A stretch of 64,000 nucleotides of DNA from Chlorobiota bacterium (GCA_013151015.1 JAADJA010000117.1:3510-67509), one strand, 5' to 3'; shown: positions 41,734 to 51,952, counted from the stretch's first letter. Program-made: numbers and translations. The notes: generated from the sequence alone by a model not told the origin.

Positions 41734-43164
41734 ATGCGCATATTACTTGTTGGAAATCCACGGACTGTAATGGGCTTCAACCGCCTGACAAAAATACCCA
41801 GTCTCAATCTCGCTTCACTTGCGGCCAACCTGGACGAAGGATTGGCCGAAATCAAAATTGCCGACCTTGTCGTAAAGGACAGGAACCCCCAAAAAGCTTT
41901 GCAAAAAATCCTTGAGGATTACAGGCCCGATGTGGTGGGCTTCACTTCGATGAGTTTTCAATATCATACTGCCCTTGGCCTTGCAAAACTTACCAGGAAA
42001 CTTTTGCCCAATGCAATCAATATCCTTGGGGGTTACCATGCTACTGCGGATAGCGAAAATATCGTTTTGGGCAATGACATGGATTATTTCGATTTCCTGA
42101 TCAACGGCGAAGGCGAAGTCCCTTTTAATGAATTGATAAAAGCTTTGAACAATGGGCATGATTTCACAAAAGTCCCTGGCATTACTTATAAATCCAACGG
42201 AAAAGTTTTTGATAACCCACGACCTGAAAAACTCCTGGATGTGGAAGATATCAAGATTCCTTTGAGAAGTGCACGGATATTCCAGAAAGGCTTTCATATC
42301 CTTGGCAAACCGGGAGATGTGATCGAAACCTCAAGGGGCTGTGTGTATAGTTGCAATTTTTGCAGCATCAGGAACATGTATGGCAAATCTTTCCGAAAGT
42401 TTTCCATCGATAGGATTATCATGGATTTGGAAGATACTAAACGCCATGGCACCGAAGCCATTTTCATCACCGATGACAATATCACCATCGACCCAAAAAG
42501 GCTTGTGGAGCTCAGCAACGAAATAACCCGGGCAAAACTGAACATGACTTTTGCCGTGCAGGCCAATGTGAGGGGATTTCGCAGAAGCCCAGACCTGGCG
42601 CCCGCAATGGCCCGCGCCGGGACAAAAATCGTTTTTCTCGGTATTGAAAACGCTTCGGACGACAACCTGGAATTCATGCACAAAAGCAACCAGCTCACAA
42701 CGACTGATACTGAAATTGTGGTGAAGCAACTCAAGGAAAACAAAATACTGGTCGTGGGAGGTTTCATTTTTGGCAACCCCGATGACAAGAAGGAAGACCT
42801 CGTAAGGAATTTTGATTATGCCAAAAAAATCGGGGTCGATATCCAATTGTTCAATATCCTGACGCCTCATTTGAAAACCGAGCTCCGGGATGAACTGTTG
42901 AAAGAGGGACTCGTAACCAATATTGATGATTACTCGAAATACAACCATTATGCGGCCAATGTAAAAACCAGGCATTTGTCCACCGGGGAATTATTCAAGA
43001 TCAGGAACAGACTGGATGCGCGCTATACGGTCGAATCAGGGGCAATCTTTAGATTGTTCAGGGAATACCCGTGGTTTTTTACCAAATTAATGTTTTGGAT
43101 GATGAAGCACGAGCCCCAAAACTGGTATAATTTATCAACAGGGTTTTTAAGAAAAAAACTCTAA
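41734..43164 (+). CDS. B12-binding-domain radical SAM protein
   Basis: 476-aa ORF with an N-terminal cobalamin-binding-like Rossmann region (VVGFTSMSFQY...) and the cluster motif CVYSCNFC. Confidence 0.8.
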   Translation: MRILLVGNPRTVMGFNRLTKIPSLNLASLAANLDEGLAEIKIADLVVKDRNPQKALQKILEDYRPDVVGFTSMSFQYHTALGLAKLTRKLLPNAINILGGYHATADSENIVLGNDMDYFDFLINGEGEVPFNELIKALNNGHDFTKVPGITYKSNGKVFDNPRPEKLLDVEDIKIPLRSARIFQKGFHILGKPGDVIETSRGCVYSCNFCSIRNMYGKSFRKFSIDRIIMDLEDTKRHGTEAIFITDDNITIDPKRLVELSNEITRAKLNMTFAVQANVRGFRRSPDLAPAMARAGTKIVFLGIENASDDNLEFMHKSNQLTTTDTEIVVKQLKENKILVVGGFIFGNPDDKKEDLVRNFDYAKKIGVDIQLFNILTPHLKTELRDELLKEGLVTNIDDYSKYNHYAANVKTRHLSTGELFKIRNRLDARYTVESGAIFRLFREYPWFFTKLMFWMMKHEPQNWYNLSTGFLRKKL

Positions 43165-43178
43165 TTAAATCAAGCATT

Positions 43179-44003
43179 ATGAAAACTTTACAAAACGGAT
43201 TACTATTGCTTTTTGCACTTGGCTTTATCATTGTTTCCTGCAAAAAGGAGGAGGAAGAAACCTGTGACGGCGTTACTTCCGTGAATATTGGCAGCGACAA
43301 AACCCTGACCTATGGCGACAGCTTAATCGCAGATGCGGGCAATGCGGGCGCTACATATCTTTGGTCAACCGGAGAAACCACCCAAACCATCACCATTGAT
43401 ACGGTTGGGACATACTGGGTGAGGGTAGAAAAATGTGAATCATCCAAGTCGGATACCATCCATATCAGTATGGTTTACCCAACAATAAAAGTGGAGACCG
43501 ATTTTGGCGATTTCCGTATTTGGCTGTATGCCCAAACCTTTTTGCACCGTCAAAATTTCCTGGGCCTTACAGAAGAAGGATTTTATGACAGCCTTACGTT
43601 TCACCGTGTGGTTTACGATTTTGTTATCCAGGGAGGCGATCCACAGGGAGATGGTTTTGGAGGCCCCGGCTACACACTTCCTGCCGAAATTATCCCGGGA
43701 TTAAACCATGTCTATGGCGCTGTTGGGGCAGCCCGTATGTCGGATGCAATAAACCCTGACAGGGATTCGAACGGTTCGCAATTTTATATCGTTTCCGACC
43801 CTAATGGTGAAGAAGATATTCTTGATGGGAAATATTCGGTTTTTGGATTTGTTTTTTCCGGGATGGATGTGATTTTTGAAATTTCACAGGTTGAAGTCGA
43901 TTCCCTTTCACATCCTTTGGAAACGGTTTACATGAACAAGGTAACTATTGAAGAATTATCGGCACAACAGCTTCAGGATAATTTCGATTTCTTGATCCCT
44001 TAA
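43179..44003 (+). CDS. Cyclophilin-type peptidyl-prolyl isomerase lipoprotein with an N-terminal extension
   Basis: It has the lipobox IVSC and the cyclophilin core FHRVVYDFVIQGGDPQGDGFGGPGY...SNGSQFYIV. Confidence 0.85.
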   Translation: MKTLQNGLLLLFALGFIIVSCKKEEEETCDGVTSVNIGSDKTLTYGDSLIADAGNAGATYLWSTGETTQTITIDTVGTYWVRVEKCESSKSDTIHISMVYPTIKVETDFGDFRIWLYAQTFLHRQNFLGLTEEGFYDSLTFHRVVYDFVIQGGDPQGDGFGGPGYTLPAEIIPGLNHVYGAVGAARMSDAINPDRDSNGSQFYIVSDPNGEEDILDGKYSVFGFVFSGMDVIFEISQVEVDSLSHPLETVYMNKVTIEELSAQQLQDNFDFLIP

Positions 44004-44048
44004 AACAATTCCTGACCGGTTTCGTTTCACCAATTAAACTTTAAAACA

Positions 44049-44321
44049 ATGAGCGATTCTATTCAGCACGAAAACAATAAATTCTTCAAAATAGTCGATG
44101 GGCTTGAATGCCGTTTGGAATATATGGTACAGGATGAAGACAGTATGGTTTTTTACCACACTTACGTTCCGCCCGAATTAAGGGGAAGGGGCTTGGCCAT
44201 GGAAATTATCCGTGAAGGTCTCGACTATGCCGTTTCAAACAATAAAAAGATTGTCCCGACATGTTCTGCCGTACAGCTTTTTGTGGAGCGGAACAAGGAA
44301 TACCAGGAGCATCTTAAATAG
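44049..44321 (+). CDS. Small GNAT-like N-acetyltransferase (YjdJ-type)
   Basis: 90-aa ORF. The sequence HTYVPPELRGRGLA...CSAV fits the short acetyltransferase family, from memory. Confidence 0.7.
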   Translation: MSDSIQHENNKFFKIVDGLECRLEYMVQDEDSMVFYHTYVPPELRGRGLAMEIIREGLDYAVSNNKKIVPTCSAVQLFVERNKEYQEHLK

Positions 44322-44424
44322 TGCTTGCACGAAAATCCCAAATAGCTAATTACAAATAAACCTCAATTCTTAACATTTCAAACACCAAGCTTGCTTTTGC
44401 TCTTGAACCATATCAAATCAATAA

Positions 44425-44655
44425 AGGGACAATGCGCGAAATTTTCTTTCAGTCAAATGGCAAGCATCAGCGATGTGACTTTTCCCGAGACCAGGGACTT
44501 TACGTTGAACAACAAATATATTGTAGAAGTTGGGGAGGGAAAACAAAAGCATTGATCAAATCGAGGAAACCGAAAATGCGTTCCTTGCTGTTGGTGACAT
44601 TGAGGTGGGCATTTTCAATAAAATCCCACTTTGGCTTTTTGGGTTTTTATACTAA
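44425..44655 (+). pseudogene. Frameshifted C-terminal remnant of an ATPase-family gene
   Basis: Three frames together read REIFFQS.. / ASISDVTFPETRDFTLNNKYIVEVG / ENKSIDQIEETENAFLAVGDIEVGIFNKIPLWLFGFLY*. The IPLWLFGFLY tail and EVGGKNK-like core recall the C-terminus of a common Bacteroidota ATP-binding protein family. No N-terminal part is present. Confidence 0.5.
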
Positions 44656-46016
44656 CCAAACAACTTTCCAAGCACCTCTTCGATTTTCCCCACGGGGATT
44701 ACTTCGATATTGAGTTTTTTCAGGTCGATCCCTTTTAGGGAATATTTGGAGATGAATATTTTCTCGAACCCCAGTTTATCGGCTTCGGCAATGCGCTGTT
44801 CAATGCGGTTCACCGAACGTATCTCGCCCGACAGGCCCACTTCCCCGGCAAAGCAAATGTTCTGGTCGATCGAAATATCTTCGGAGGAAGAGAGGATGGC
44901 AGCGACCACCGCCAAATCAATGGCCGGGTCGTCCACACGGATTCCCCCGGCAATATTTAGAAAAACATCTTTTGTGCCCATCCTGAAACCGCTCCTTTTT
45001 TCCAAAACTGCCAACAACATATTCAATCGGCGGGCATCAAAACCGGTGGAAGAACGCTGAGGCGTTCCATAAGCCGCAGAACTCACTAACGCCTGGGTTT
45101 CTATCATCATGGGCCGCATCCCCTCTACCATGGCGGCAATTGCTATTCCACTCAAATTATCTTCACGGTGTGACAAAAGGATTTCGGAAGGATTTGCAAC
45201 TTCGCGTAAACCATTGCTTTGCATTTCAAATATGCCCAACTCGGATGTGGAGCCAAAACGGTTTTTCACCGCCCGCAAAATCCGATAGCCATAGTTTCGT
45301 TCCCCTTCAAAATGGAGTACCGTGTCCACCATATGTTCCAGGATTTTAGGCCCGGCAAGGCCTCCGTCTTTTGTAATATGCCCAATCAGAATAACCGGTA
45401 CATCCGTTAGTTTTGAAAACTTCTGGAACTCGGCTGCACATTCCCTTATCTGGGATATACTCCCGGCAGATGATTCAATAATATCTGTATGTAATGTTTG
45501 AATAGAATCAATAATAACCAATCCCGGTGTCAGGTTTTCGATATGTTGAAAAATACTTTGTGTGTGGGTTTCCGTCAAAATATAACAATCAGGGTTTTGG
45601 GAACCGACCCTTTCCGATCGCATCTTTATTTGCTGTTCGCTCTCCTCGCCCGTAACATAAAGTACTTTCAGGTTTTTAAAATTGAGGGCGACCTGCAACA
45701 TCAACGTGGACTTTCCAATTCCAGGCTCCCCTCCTATCAATACAAGGGATCCAAGTACAAGTCCACCACCAAGAACACGGTTGAACTCAGCATTATTTGT
45801 ATCAATGCGTACTTCTGATCCTTGTTCTATTTCAGTAATTTTTTTCGGCAATGAAGCCGATGCTTTTCGAACTGGTAGCTGGTTTTTACCTGTTTCCTTT
45901 TTTACTACTTCCTCCACATAGGTGTTCCATTCCCCACAAGACGGGCAATTGCCTATCCACCTTGCCGATTGGGCACCGCAATTCTGACAGAAAAAAGTAG
46001 TCTTCGTTTTAGCCAT
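44652..46016 (-). CDS. radA: DNA repair protein RadA/Sms
   Basis: 454-aa ORF with an N-terminal zinc ribbon (CQNCGAQSARWIGNCPSCGEW), Walker A GEPGIGKST, the KNRFG motif and a Lon-like C-terminal domain. Confidence 0.95.
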   Translation of the reverse strand: MAKTKTTFFCQNCGAQSARWIGNCPSCGEWNTYVEEVVKKETGKNQLPVRKASASLPKKITEIEQGSEVRIDTNNAEFNRVLGGGLVLGSLVLIGGEPGIGKSTLMLQVALNFKNLKVLYVTGEESEQQIKMRSERVGSQNPDCYILTETHTQSIFQHIENLTPGLVIIDSIQTLHTDIIESSAGSISQIRECAAEFQKFSKLTDVPVILIGHITKDGGLAGPKILEHMVDTVLHFEGERNYGYRILRAVKNRFGSTSELGIFEMQSNGLREVANPSEILLSHREDNLSGIAIAAMVEGMRPMMIETQALVSSAAYGTPQRSSTGFDARRLNMLLAVLEKRSGFRMGTKDVFLNIAGGIRVDDPAIDLAVVAAILSSSEDISIDQNICFAGEVGLSGEIRSVNRIEQRIAEADKLGFEKIFISKYSLKGIDLKKLNIEVIPVGKIEEVLGKLFG

Positions 46017-46509
46017 TTTTCAGTTTTTCAATAATTGAACTCGTGGAATATCCTTTCAAAAAATCAAGGGTTTTGATACTACCGCCATTGGCTTTCACAA
46101 TATCATAACCCACAATATCCTCCTCCTCATAATCACTGCCTTTCACCAAAACAGAAGGCTGCACGGTTTTTATCAATTCGTAAGGAGTATCTTCGTCAAA
46201 AAGGACAATCGCATCCACAAAAAACAGGGAAGCCAGCAATTTTGCCCGGGCTTGTTCATTTACCACTGGGCGGCTCTCCCCTTTCAACCTCCTTACCGAA
46301 GAATCCGTATTTAAGCCAATTAAAAGTACATCCCCAAGGTCTTTTGCCTTCGACAAATAATCAATATGTCCAAGATGGAGAATATCGAAACATCCATTTG
46401 TGAAAACCACTTTTTTCCCTTTGAATTTCCAAACGGCAAGGAGCGAAGAAAGCGTTTTCCTGTCAAGGATTTTCTTTTCGATAAATTCAAGATTTTTCAT
46501 ATGTGTCAC
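46009..46509 (-). CDS. D-glycero-beta-D-manno-heptose 1-phosphate adenylyltransferase-like cytidylyltransferase (RfaE domain II type)
   Basis: 166-aa ORF with TNGCFDILHLGHIDYL, the HxGH nucleotidyltransferase motif, and RLKGESRPV. Confidence 0.8.
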   Translation of the reverse strand: MTHMKNLEFIEKKILDRKTLSSLLAVWKFKGKKVVFTNGCFDILHLGHIDYLSKAKDLGDVLLIGLNTDSSVRRLKGESRPVVNEQARAKLLASLFFVDAIVLFDEDTPYELIKTVQPSVLVKGSDYEEEDIVGYDIVKANGGSIKTLDFLKGYSTSSIIEKLKNG

Positions 46510-47503
46510 GATTTAAAATTGGAAGAAGGATCATCGAAACAATCCCGGCAATAATAATCATCAGGGTTTGACCTGTCCACAACAACCAGCCCATAGCATA
46601 TCCGGTGGTCTGGGAAATTGCGAACAAAGCCAGTATTTCAGCAACAATCCAGGGATAAATCCCAATTCCGCCCTGAATAATTATTATCCCGACAGAACCA
46701 AATACCATAACTGCCAATGCCACATCCAGGCCCAAATGACTTGTTTCGGGAAGACTGAAAAACACGAGCCAAGTCATCCCAAGGTACATGCACCATATAA
46801 ACACCGAATGAAATATAAACCAAAATGGCCTTTTGATCTTCATCAATGATTTTATCCCCTCATAAAATCCCAGAACAATTCTTTTAAGCTTTTTGTAGAA
46901 ATTTGTGTGTGATATTTTCTTGCCAATAAAATAAAGCAAAGCAATCACAACAGCCAAAATCAGGAAACTGATCACATAAAACCAAATGGGATTATCAATA
47001 CTTTCATACCTTTCAACGACCTTATGATACATTTTCGTTCTTTTGAAAATCTTTAATTTATCCAGATGTAATGCAAAAGTGATCAGGAATGCAATGAAAA
47101 GGCTCAATAAATCCACGGCCCTTTCGGTCACAACGGTACCGAATGATTTTTGCAGGGGGATTTTTTCATATTTCGTCAGGATACCGCAACGGCTGACCTC
47201 GCCAAGCCTTGGCAGGGCAAGATTTGCAAAATAACCGATCATCACGGCCAAAAAGGAATTCTTGAACCGGGGTTCGTAACCCATGGTCTCCAACAGCATC
47301 GACCATCGGATAGTACGACTGATATGGCTCAGCAGGGCAAGGAAAATCGAAGCAACTATCCACCAATAATTTGCCCCGGTAAACGAATCCAAAATCTCTT
47401 TTCTTTCATTGGCAGTAAGATTATGCAAAAAGAGCCAGATAAGAAAAATACCCAGCCCCAAAAAAAATCCTACTTTAAAAAAGTTTAAGAGTTTCTTTTT
47501 CAA
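46487..47503 (-). CDS. Flippase-like (UPF0104 / lysylphosphatidylglycerol-synthase TM region) membrane protein
   Basis: 338-aa polytopic ORF. The motif RTIRWSMLL and the overall topology fit this family, from memory. Confidence 0.7.
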   Translation of the reverse strand: MKKKLLNFFKVGFFLGLGIFLIWLFLHNLTANERKEILDSFTGANYWWIVASIFLALLSHISRTIRWSMLLETMGYEPRFKNSFLAVMIGYFANLALPRLGEVSRCGILTKYEKIPLQKSFGTVVTERAVDLLSLFIAFLITFALHLDKLKIFKRTKMYHKVVERYESIDNPIWFYVISFLILAVVIALLYFIGKKISHTNFYKKLKRIVLGFYEGIKSLMKIKRPFWFIFHSVFIWCMYLGMTWLVFFSLPETSHLGLDVALAVMVFGSVGIIIIQGGIGIYPWIVAEILALFAISQTTGYAMGWLLWTGQTLMIIIAGIVSMILLPILNRDTYEKS

Positions 47504-47506
47504 AAA

Positions 47507-47854
47507 TTATCTCAGTTTGTTATCATCATCAGGAAAAATGATAATGGGTTTAAATTGTTTGGCTTTTTCAAAATCCATGGAAGCGTAAGAAACAATGATT
47601 ATCTTATCTCCTATGGCCACTTTTCGGGCTGCGGCACCGTTTAGGGAAATAATCCCAGAGCCCCTTTCACCAAGTATTATATATGTATCAAACCGCTCCC
47701 CATTCGTGATATTGTATATGTGCACCCGCTCATTCTCGATGAGGTTGGCCGCATCCATCAAAACCTCGTCTATCGCAATGCTTCCGATGTAATTAAGGTC
47801 GGATTGCGTGATGGTGGCCTTGTGTATCTTCGATTTTAGTACTTCTATTTGCAT
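47507..47854 (-). CDS. panD: Aspartate 1-decarboxylase
   Basis: 115-aa ORF reading [29 protein letters not shown], with the self-processing G-S site. Confidence 0.95.
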   Translation of the reverse strand: MQIEVLKSKIHKATITQSDLNYIGSIAIDEVLMDAANLIENERVHIYNITNGERFDTYIILGERGSGIISLNGAAARKVAIGDKIIIVSYASMDFEKAKQFKPIIIFPDDDNKLR

Positions 47855-47866
47855 CGTGCGGCAAAA

Positions 47867-48712
47867 TTACGAAAATAATATCATATTGTCTATTAACCTC
47901 ACTTCTCCAACATGAACTGCAATGCAAGCAATGATATTGTTGCTTTCGGCCCAGGCATTCAGTATCTTAAGGGAATACATATCCACTATCTCAAAATACT
48001 CGAGTTGCATCATTTTGCTCTTGTTGATCTTTCGTTCGACGGTATCCTTCATTTCCAAAATAGGCATAAACCCCGATTGGATTTTCACCATTTTCAAAGT
48101 CTTGTAAATCAATGCAGCTTCCTTCCTTTGTTGCTCTGTAAGCCTTTCGTTGCGGGAGCTCATGGCCAATTGGTTTTCCTCCCTGACAATTGGGCAGGGG
48201 ACAATCTCCACAGGCAAATTGTGATCTTTGGTAAGTTTATGGATGATAACCATTTGTTGATAATCCTTCATCCCAAAGAAAGCCTTTTGCGGTTCAACAA
48301 TATCAAACAACCTCTTCACAACTTTTGCAACGCCCTGAAAATGACCCGGGCGGAACTTCCCTTCCATTACTTTGTCAAGGTTCCCAAATTCAAATACGGT
48401 TTCATCTTCCGTTGGGTAAATTTCCTCAACGGAAGGATAAAACAAAACATCGCATTCCGCTTCTTCAAGCTTGGTAATATCCGCATTTTTTGTACGGGGA
48501 TATTTTTCAAGGTCTTCCTTGTTATTAAATTGTTCCGGGTTCACAAAAATACTTGCTACCACATAATCGGAATCCTGTTGGGCCTCCCTAATGAGTGACA
48601 AATGCCCTTCATGAAGTGCGCCCATTGTTGGGACAAAACCAATCGTTTTACCCTTGTCCCTCATTGTCTTAAGATGGGGTCTTATTTCATCAACGGTAGT
48701 AAAAATTTTCAT
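47867..48712 (-). CDS. panC: Pantoate-beta-alanine ligase
   Basis: 281-aa ORF with the FVPTMGALHEGHLSL and SIFVNPEQF motifs. Confidence 0.95.
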   Translation of the reverse strand: MKIFTTVDEIRPHLKTMRDKGKTIGFVPTMGALHEGHLSLIREAQQDSDYVVASIFVNPEQFNNKEDLEKYPRTKNADITKLEEAECDVLFYPSVEEIYPTEDETVFEFGNLDKVMEGKFRPGHFQGVAKVVKRLFDIVEPQKAFFGMKDYQQMVIIHKLTKDHNLPVEIVPCPIVREENQLAMSSRNERLTEQQRKEAALIYKTLKMVKIQSGFMPILEMKDTVERKINKSKMMQLEYFEIVDMYSLKILNAWAESNNIIACIAVHVGEVRLIDNMILFS

Positions 48713-48762
48713 TGTCCAATCTTCTTTTGAGGTATTTTTTGAGAACTCAGCGATAGGGAAAG

Positions 48763-49272
48763 TTATTTGGAAAGAATTTTCAACATATCGTTTTCAAGGG
48801 AATGTTCCGGCGTTTCAACAATCCTGCCAACCTCATTTCCATCTTCATAAAAAATAAAAGTCGGAACCCTTTCAATATTCAAATCGGAAACATCGGTATC
48901 ACATCCGGTTTTTTCTTTATCTACACATATAAGCCGGATCAAAGAAGTGTTATAATCCATTTTATCCAAAACCTTGTACATCCGAGGGACTTGTTCCTGG
49001 CTATCTTGGCACCATGTCCCCAAAACAACCGTAAGCGTATGCGAAAACAAATCCTTTTTCAACTTGTTCAAAATATCCTGGTCGGGTTTGTAATTTGCGT
49101 ATTCCCCAAAAAACAAATCCCCAAAATCGCCGGTCTGCAAAGCATTTCTTTCAACAGTACCACACAAATAAGCAGGCTCGGCATTATCGGCGACAATGCT
49201 ATCATTTTGGGCAAAACTCATTGAGGAAACAATCAACAAGCCCAAAAGAGAAGAAAAAAACTTCAACTTCAT
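48763..49272 (-). CDS. Thioredoxin-fold family protein (single-Cys WCxDS variant), secreted
   Basis: I trimmed the ORF to MKLKFFSSLLGLLIVSSMSFAQ (ATG at 49272). It carries LGTWCQDSQEQVPR. Confidence 0.65.
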   Translation of the reverse strand: MKLKFFSSLLGLLIVSSMSFAQNDSIVADNAEPAYLCGTVERNALQTGDFGDLFFGEYANYKPDQDILNKLKKDLFSHTLTVVLGTWCQDSQEQVPRMYKVLDKMDYNTSLIRLICVDKEKTGCDTDVSDLNIERVPTFIFYEDGNEVGRIVETPEHSLENDMLKILSK

Positions 49273-49297
49273 CTTAACACAATTTATCAAAACTGAC

Positions 49298-49642
49298 CTA
49301 TTTTAACTCTATTATTATCTGCTGCTTGGTCACTTTATCACCAACCTTGACATTTACGCTCTCGACGACCCCATCCACAGGGGAAAGGATATCGTTGTTC
49401 ATTTTCATGGCTTCAAAAACAAGCAAACGTTCCCCTTCGTTTACCTTTTTCCCTTTCTTTACAAATATCTTCACTATCGTTCCCGGAATAAAAACATGGA
49501 TCATCTTTTCGTCAACAGGCTTATAGAGTGAACGGTTTATGTACTTCTTGGTAAGATGGGTACGGTATTTAATGTTCTCAACGAGTAAACTTTTATATGA
49601 ATGTCGTTTTGTTTCCACAGGTTTCTCTTTTATATTTTCCAT
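49298..49642 (-). CDS. Biotin carboxyl carrier (biotin/lipoyl attachment domain) protein
   Basis: The C-terminus LVFEAMKMNNDILSPVDGVV contains the AMKM biotinylation motif. Confidence 0.8.
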   Translation of the reverse strand: MENIKEKPVETKRHSYKSLLVENIKYRTHLTKKYINRSLYKPVDEKMIHVFIPGTIVKIFVKKGKKVNEGERLLVFEAMKMNNDILSPVDGVVESVNVKVGDKVTKQQIIIELK

Positions 49643-49688
49643 AAAAAAAAGTTAGGATTTGTTAATAAAAAGTTCTGTTTTCAAGTTT

Positions 49689-51236
49689 CTAAAATGGGGG
49701 AATACCATGCTTCTTTTTGGGTCCTATAATATCCTTATGGTCGGAAACCTCAAGTGCATGCACGATAAACTTCCTCGTTTCATAAGGTTCGATAACCGCA
49801 TCAACATATCCATATGCCGCTGCCACATAGGGGTTGGCAAATTTGTTCTTGTACTCTTTCACTTTTTGCTTCCTCATTTCTTCAGGATTCTCGGCATTTT
49901 TGATTTCGTTCCTGAAAATAATATTTGCGGCACCTTCGGGACCCATAACGGCAATCTCTGCGGTAGGCCATGCGCAAACAAAATCGGCGCGCAAATGTGC
50001 GGAACACATGGCTATATAACCACCACCATAGGCTTTCCGCATAATTACGGTAATCTTTGGAACTGTGGCTTCGGAATATGCATACAGCAATTTGGCCCCG
50101 TGACGGATAACACCTGCATGTTCCTGATCAACTCCAGGTAAATATCCTGGAAGGTCAACCAAGGTAACAAGGGGAATGTTGAACGAATCGCAATAGCGGA
50201 TAAAACGTGCTGCCTTATCGGATGAATCCACATCGAGGACACCGGCAAGTACCAGCGGTTGATTGGCCACAAAGCCAACAGTTTGTCCAGAGATACGCCC
50301 AAAACCGATAACAATATTGGCCGCAAACAATTCCTGGATTTCAAAAAACTCGGAATCGTCCGTTATTGCTTTGACAATATGCCTTACATCATAAGGTTGA
50401 CGCGGGTCGGCAGGGATAATATCGGGTATGTTGAATTTTCTGGTCTTTGGTGATTTCTTTGGGTAAGGGGTCGCCTTGATCTCATTGTTCCAGGGAATAA
50501 AGCTAACCAGTTCCTTTATCTGATAAAAACACTCTTCTTCGCTTTCAGCATAGAAATGTGCATTTCCGGTAATTTCGGAATGGACTTTTGCCCCACCAAG
50601 GTCTTCCATGGAGATTTCCTCGCCCAAAACCGTTTTGATGACCTCGGGACCGGTAATGAACATTTTTGAAACACCGTCCACCACAAAAACAAAATCGGTA
50701 AGTGCCGGCGAATAAACCGCACCACCTGCACAAGGCCCGAGGATAACCGAAATTTGTGGTATTACACCTGATGCCTGGGTATTCCTATAAAAAATTTCAC
50801 CATAACCGGCGAGGGCATTTACCCCTTCCTGGATACGGGCTCCTCCTGAATCGTTGATCCCGATAATAGGAATTTTCAATTTCATGGCGTGATCCATGAT
50901 CTTGGTTATTTTTTTTGCATGTGCCCAACCAAGGGAGCCCCCGGCCACTGTAAAATCCTGTGCATAGATACATACGGGATGGCCACTGATGGTGCCCGTT
51001 CCGGTAATAACGCCATCACCTGGCAGGAACTTTTTGTCCATGTTGAAATCGGTTCCAGCATGTTTTACAAACATATCGTATTCGTGAAACGACTTGGGAT
51101 CAAGGATAGCAAGGATCCTTTCGCGGGCAGTCTTTTTACCAATTGCTTTCTGTTTCTCAATAGCTTTTGTCCCACCACCTTTTACCGCTTCGCGCATACG
51201 CTTTTTGAGATCGGCTGTTTTTTGTTTCAGACCCAT
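49689..51236 (-). CDS. Acyl-CoA carboxyltransferase (methylmalonyl-CoA decarboxylase alpha / propionyl-CoA carboxylase beta type)
   Basis: 515-aa ORF with a typical two-domain crotonase-like carboxyltransferase sequence (GGSLG, ITGPEVI, GGAYVAM-like motifs). Confidence 0.9.
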   Translation of the reverse strand: MGLKQKTADLKKRMREAVKGGGTKAIEKQKAIGKKTARERILAILDPKSFHEYDMFVKHAGTDFNMDKKFLPGDGVITGTGTISGHPVCIYAQDFTVAGGSLGWAHAKKITKIMDHAMKLKIPIIGINDSGGARIQEGVNALAGYGEIFYRNTQASGVIPQISVILGPCAGGAVYSPALTDFVFVVDGVSKMFITGPEVIKTVLGEEISMEDLGGAKVHSEITGNAHFYAESEEECFYQIKELVSFIPWNNEIKATPYPKKSPKTRKFNIPDIIPADPRQPYDVRHIVKAITDDSEFFEIQELFAANIVIGFGRISGQTVGFVANQPLVLAGVLDVDSSDKAARFIRYCDSFNIPLVTLVDLPGYLPGVDQEHAGVIRHGAKLLYAYSEATVPKITVIMRKAYGGGYIAMCSAHLRADFVCAWPTAEIAVMGPEGAANIIFRNEIKNAENPEEMRKQKVKEYKNKFANPYVAAAYGYVDAVIEPYETRKFIVHALEVSDHKDIIGPKKKHGIPPF

Positions 51237-51558
51237 AAATTTTGTTTTTTTGGTTGCTTAAATGTGACTAATCAAACTGAAATCCAGGTTTTGTTGAATG
51301 GGTTTTAAAGAACGGAGAAACGGGTTCAACAAAACATATAACCTGATAAACTAAAAAAAACATTCCCCAACTTAATGCAAAATTAGTCTAAATAAATATT
51401 AATATCAATTTTTTTTATCAACTCATTTTTAAAAGAATTGACTTTTTTCGACCTAAAAACGGGGCGCAAATGTACTTTAAAAATCAAACTACGACCCAAA
51501 TCGCGAAAAATATAAACCACCAAAACCAATAATTGTTAAATTAGCCCTCAAAAAAACC

Positions 51559-51912
51559 ATGAACATTGAAGAACTAAGGAATTATTGCCTTTCAAAAAAA
51601 GGGGTGACCGAAGATTTTCCATTTGATGAAACCACACTTGTTTTCAAGGTCTTGGGAAAAATGTTTGCCCTGATGCCCACTGATAGCGATTTCAGTATCA
51701 ACCTGAAATGCGAACCTCACAAAGCGATTGAACTCCGCGAACATTATCCAGCCGTGAAGCCCGGATACCATATGAGCAAAAAGCATTGGAACACAGTAAG
51801 CCCGGATGAATTATTAGACGATCCATTGGTTTATTCCTGGATAGATGACTCCTATGATTTGGTGGTTTCGAAACTAACGAAAGCCCAAAAGGAGTTGTTG
51901 GAAAAGGGATAA
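51559..51912 (+). CDS. MmcQ/YjbR family protein
   Basis: 117-aa ORF. The sequence LRNYCLSKKGVTEDFPFDETTLVFKVLGKMFALM is characteristic. Confidence 0.8.
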   Translation: MNIEELRNYCLSKKGVTEDFPFDETTLVFKVLGKMFALMPTDSDFSINLKCEPHKAIELREHYPAVKPGYHMSKKHWNTVSPDELLDDPLVYSWIDDSYDLVVSKLTKAQKELLEKG

Positions 51913-51952
51913 GCGTCAATTGTTATTTTGTTATCAAGGAAATTTTTCCTGA

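Noticed and set aside
47912-48598. 228-aa plus-strand ORF, and similar long antisense ORFs such as 8839-9231, 17532-17987, 40622-41164, 42331-42975, 50889-51308 and 61693-62304.
   Set aside because: Each lies entirely inside a confidently identified gene on the opposite strand (panC, DUF1641, lolE-like, hydrolase, radical SAM, carboxyltransferase, DUF6029-like), and none has recognisable motifs.
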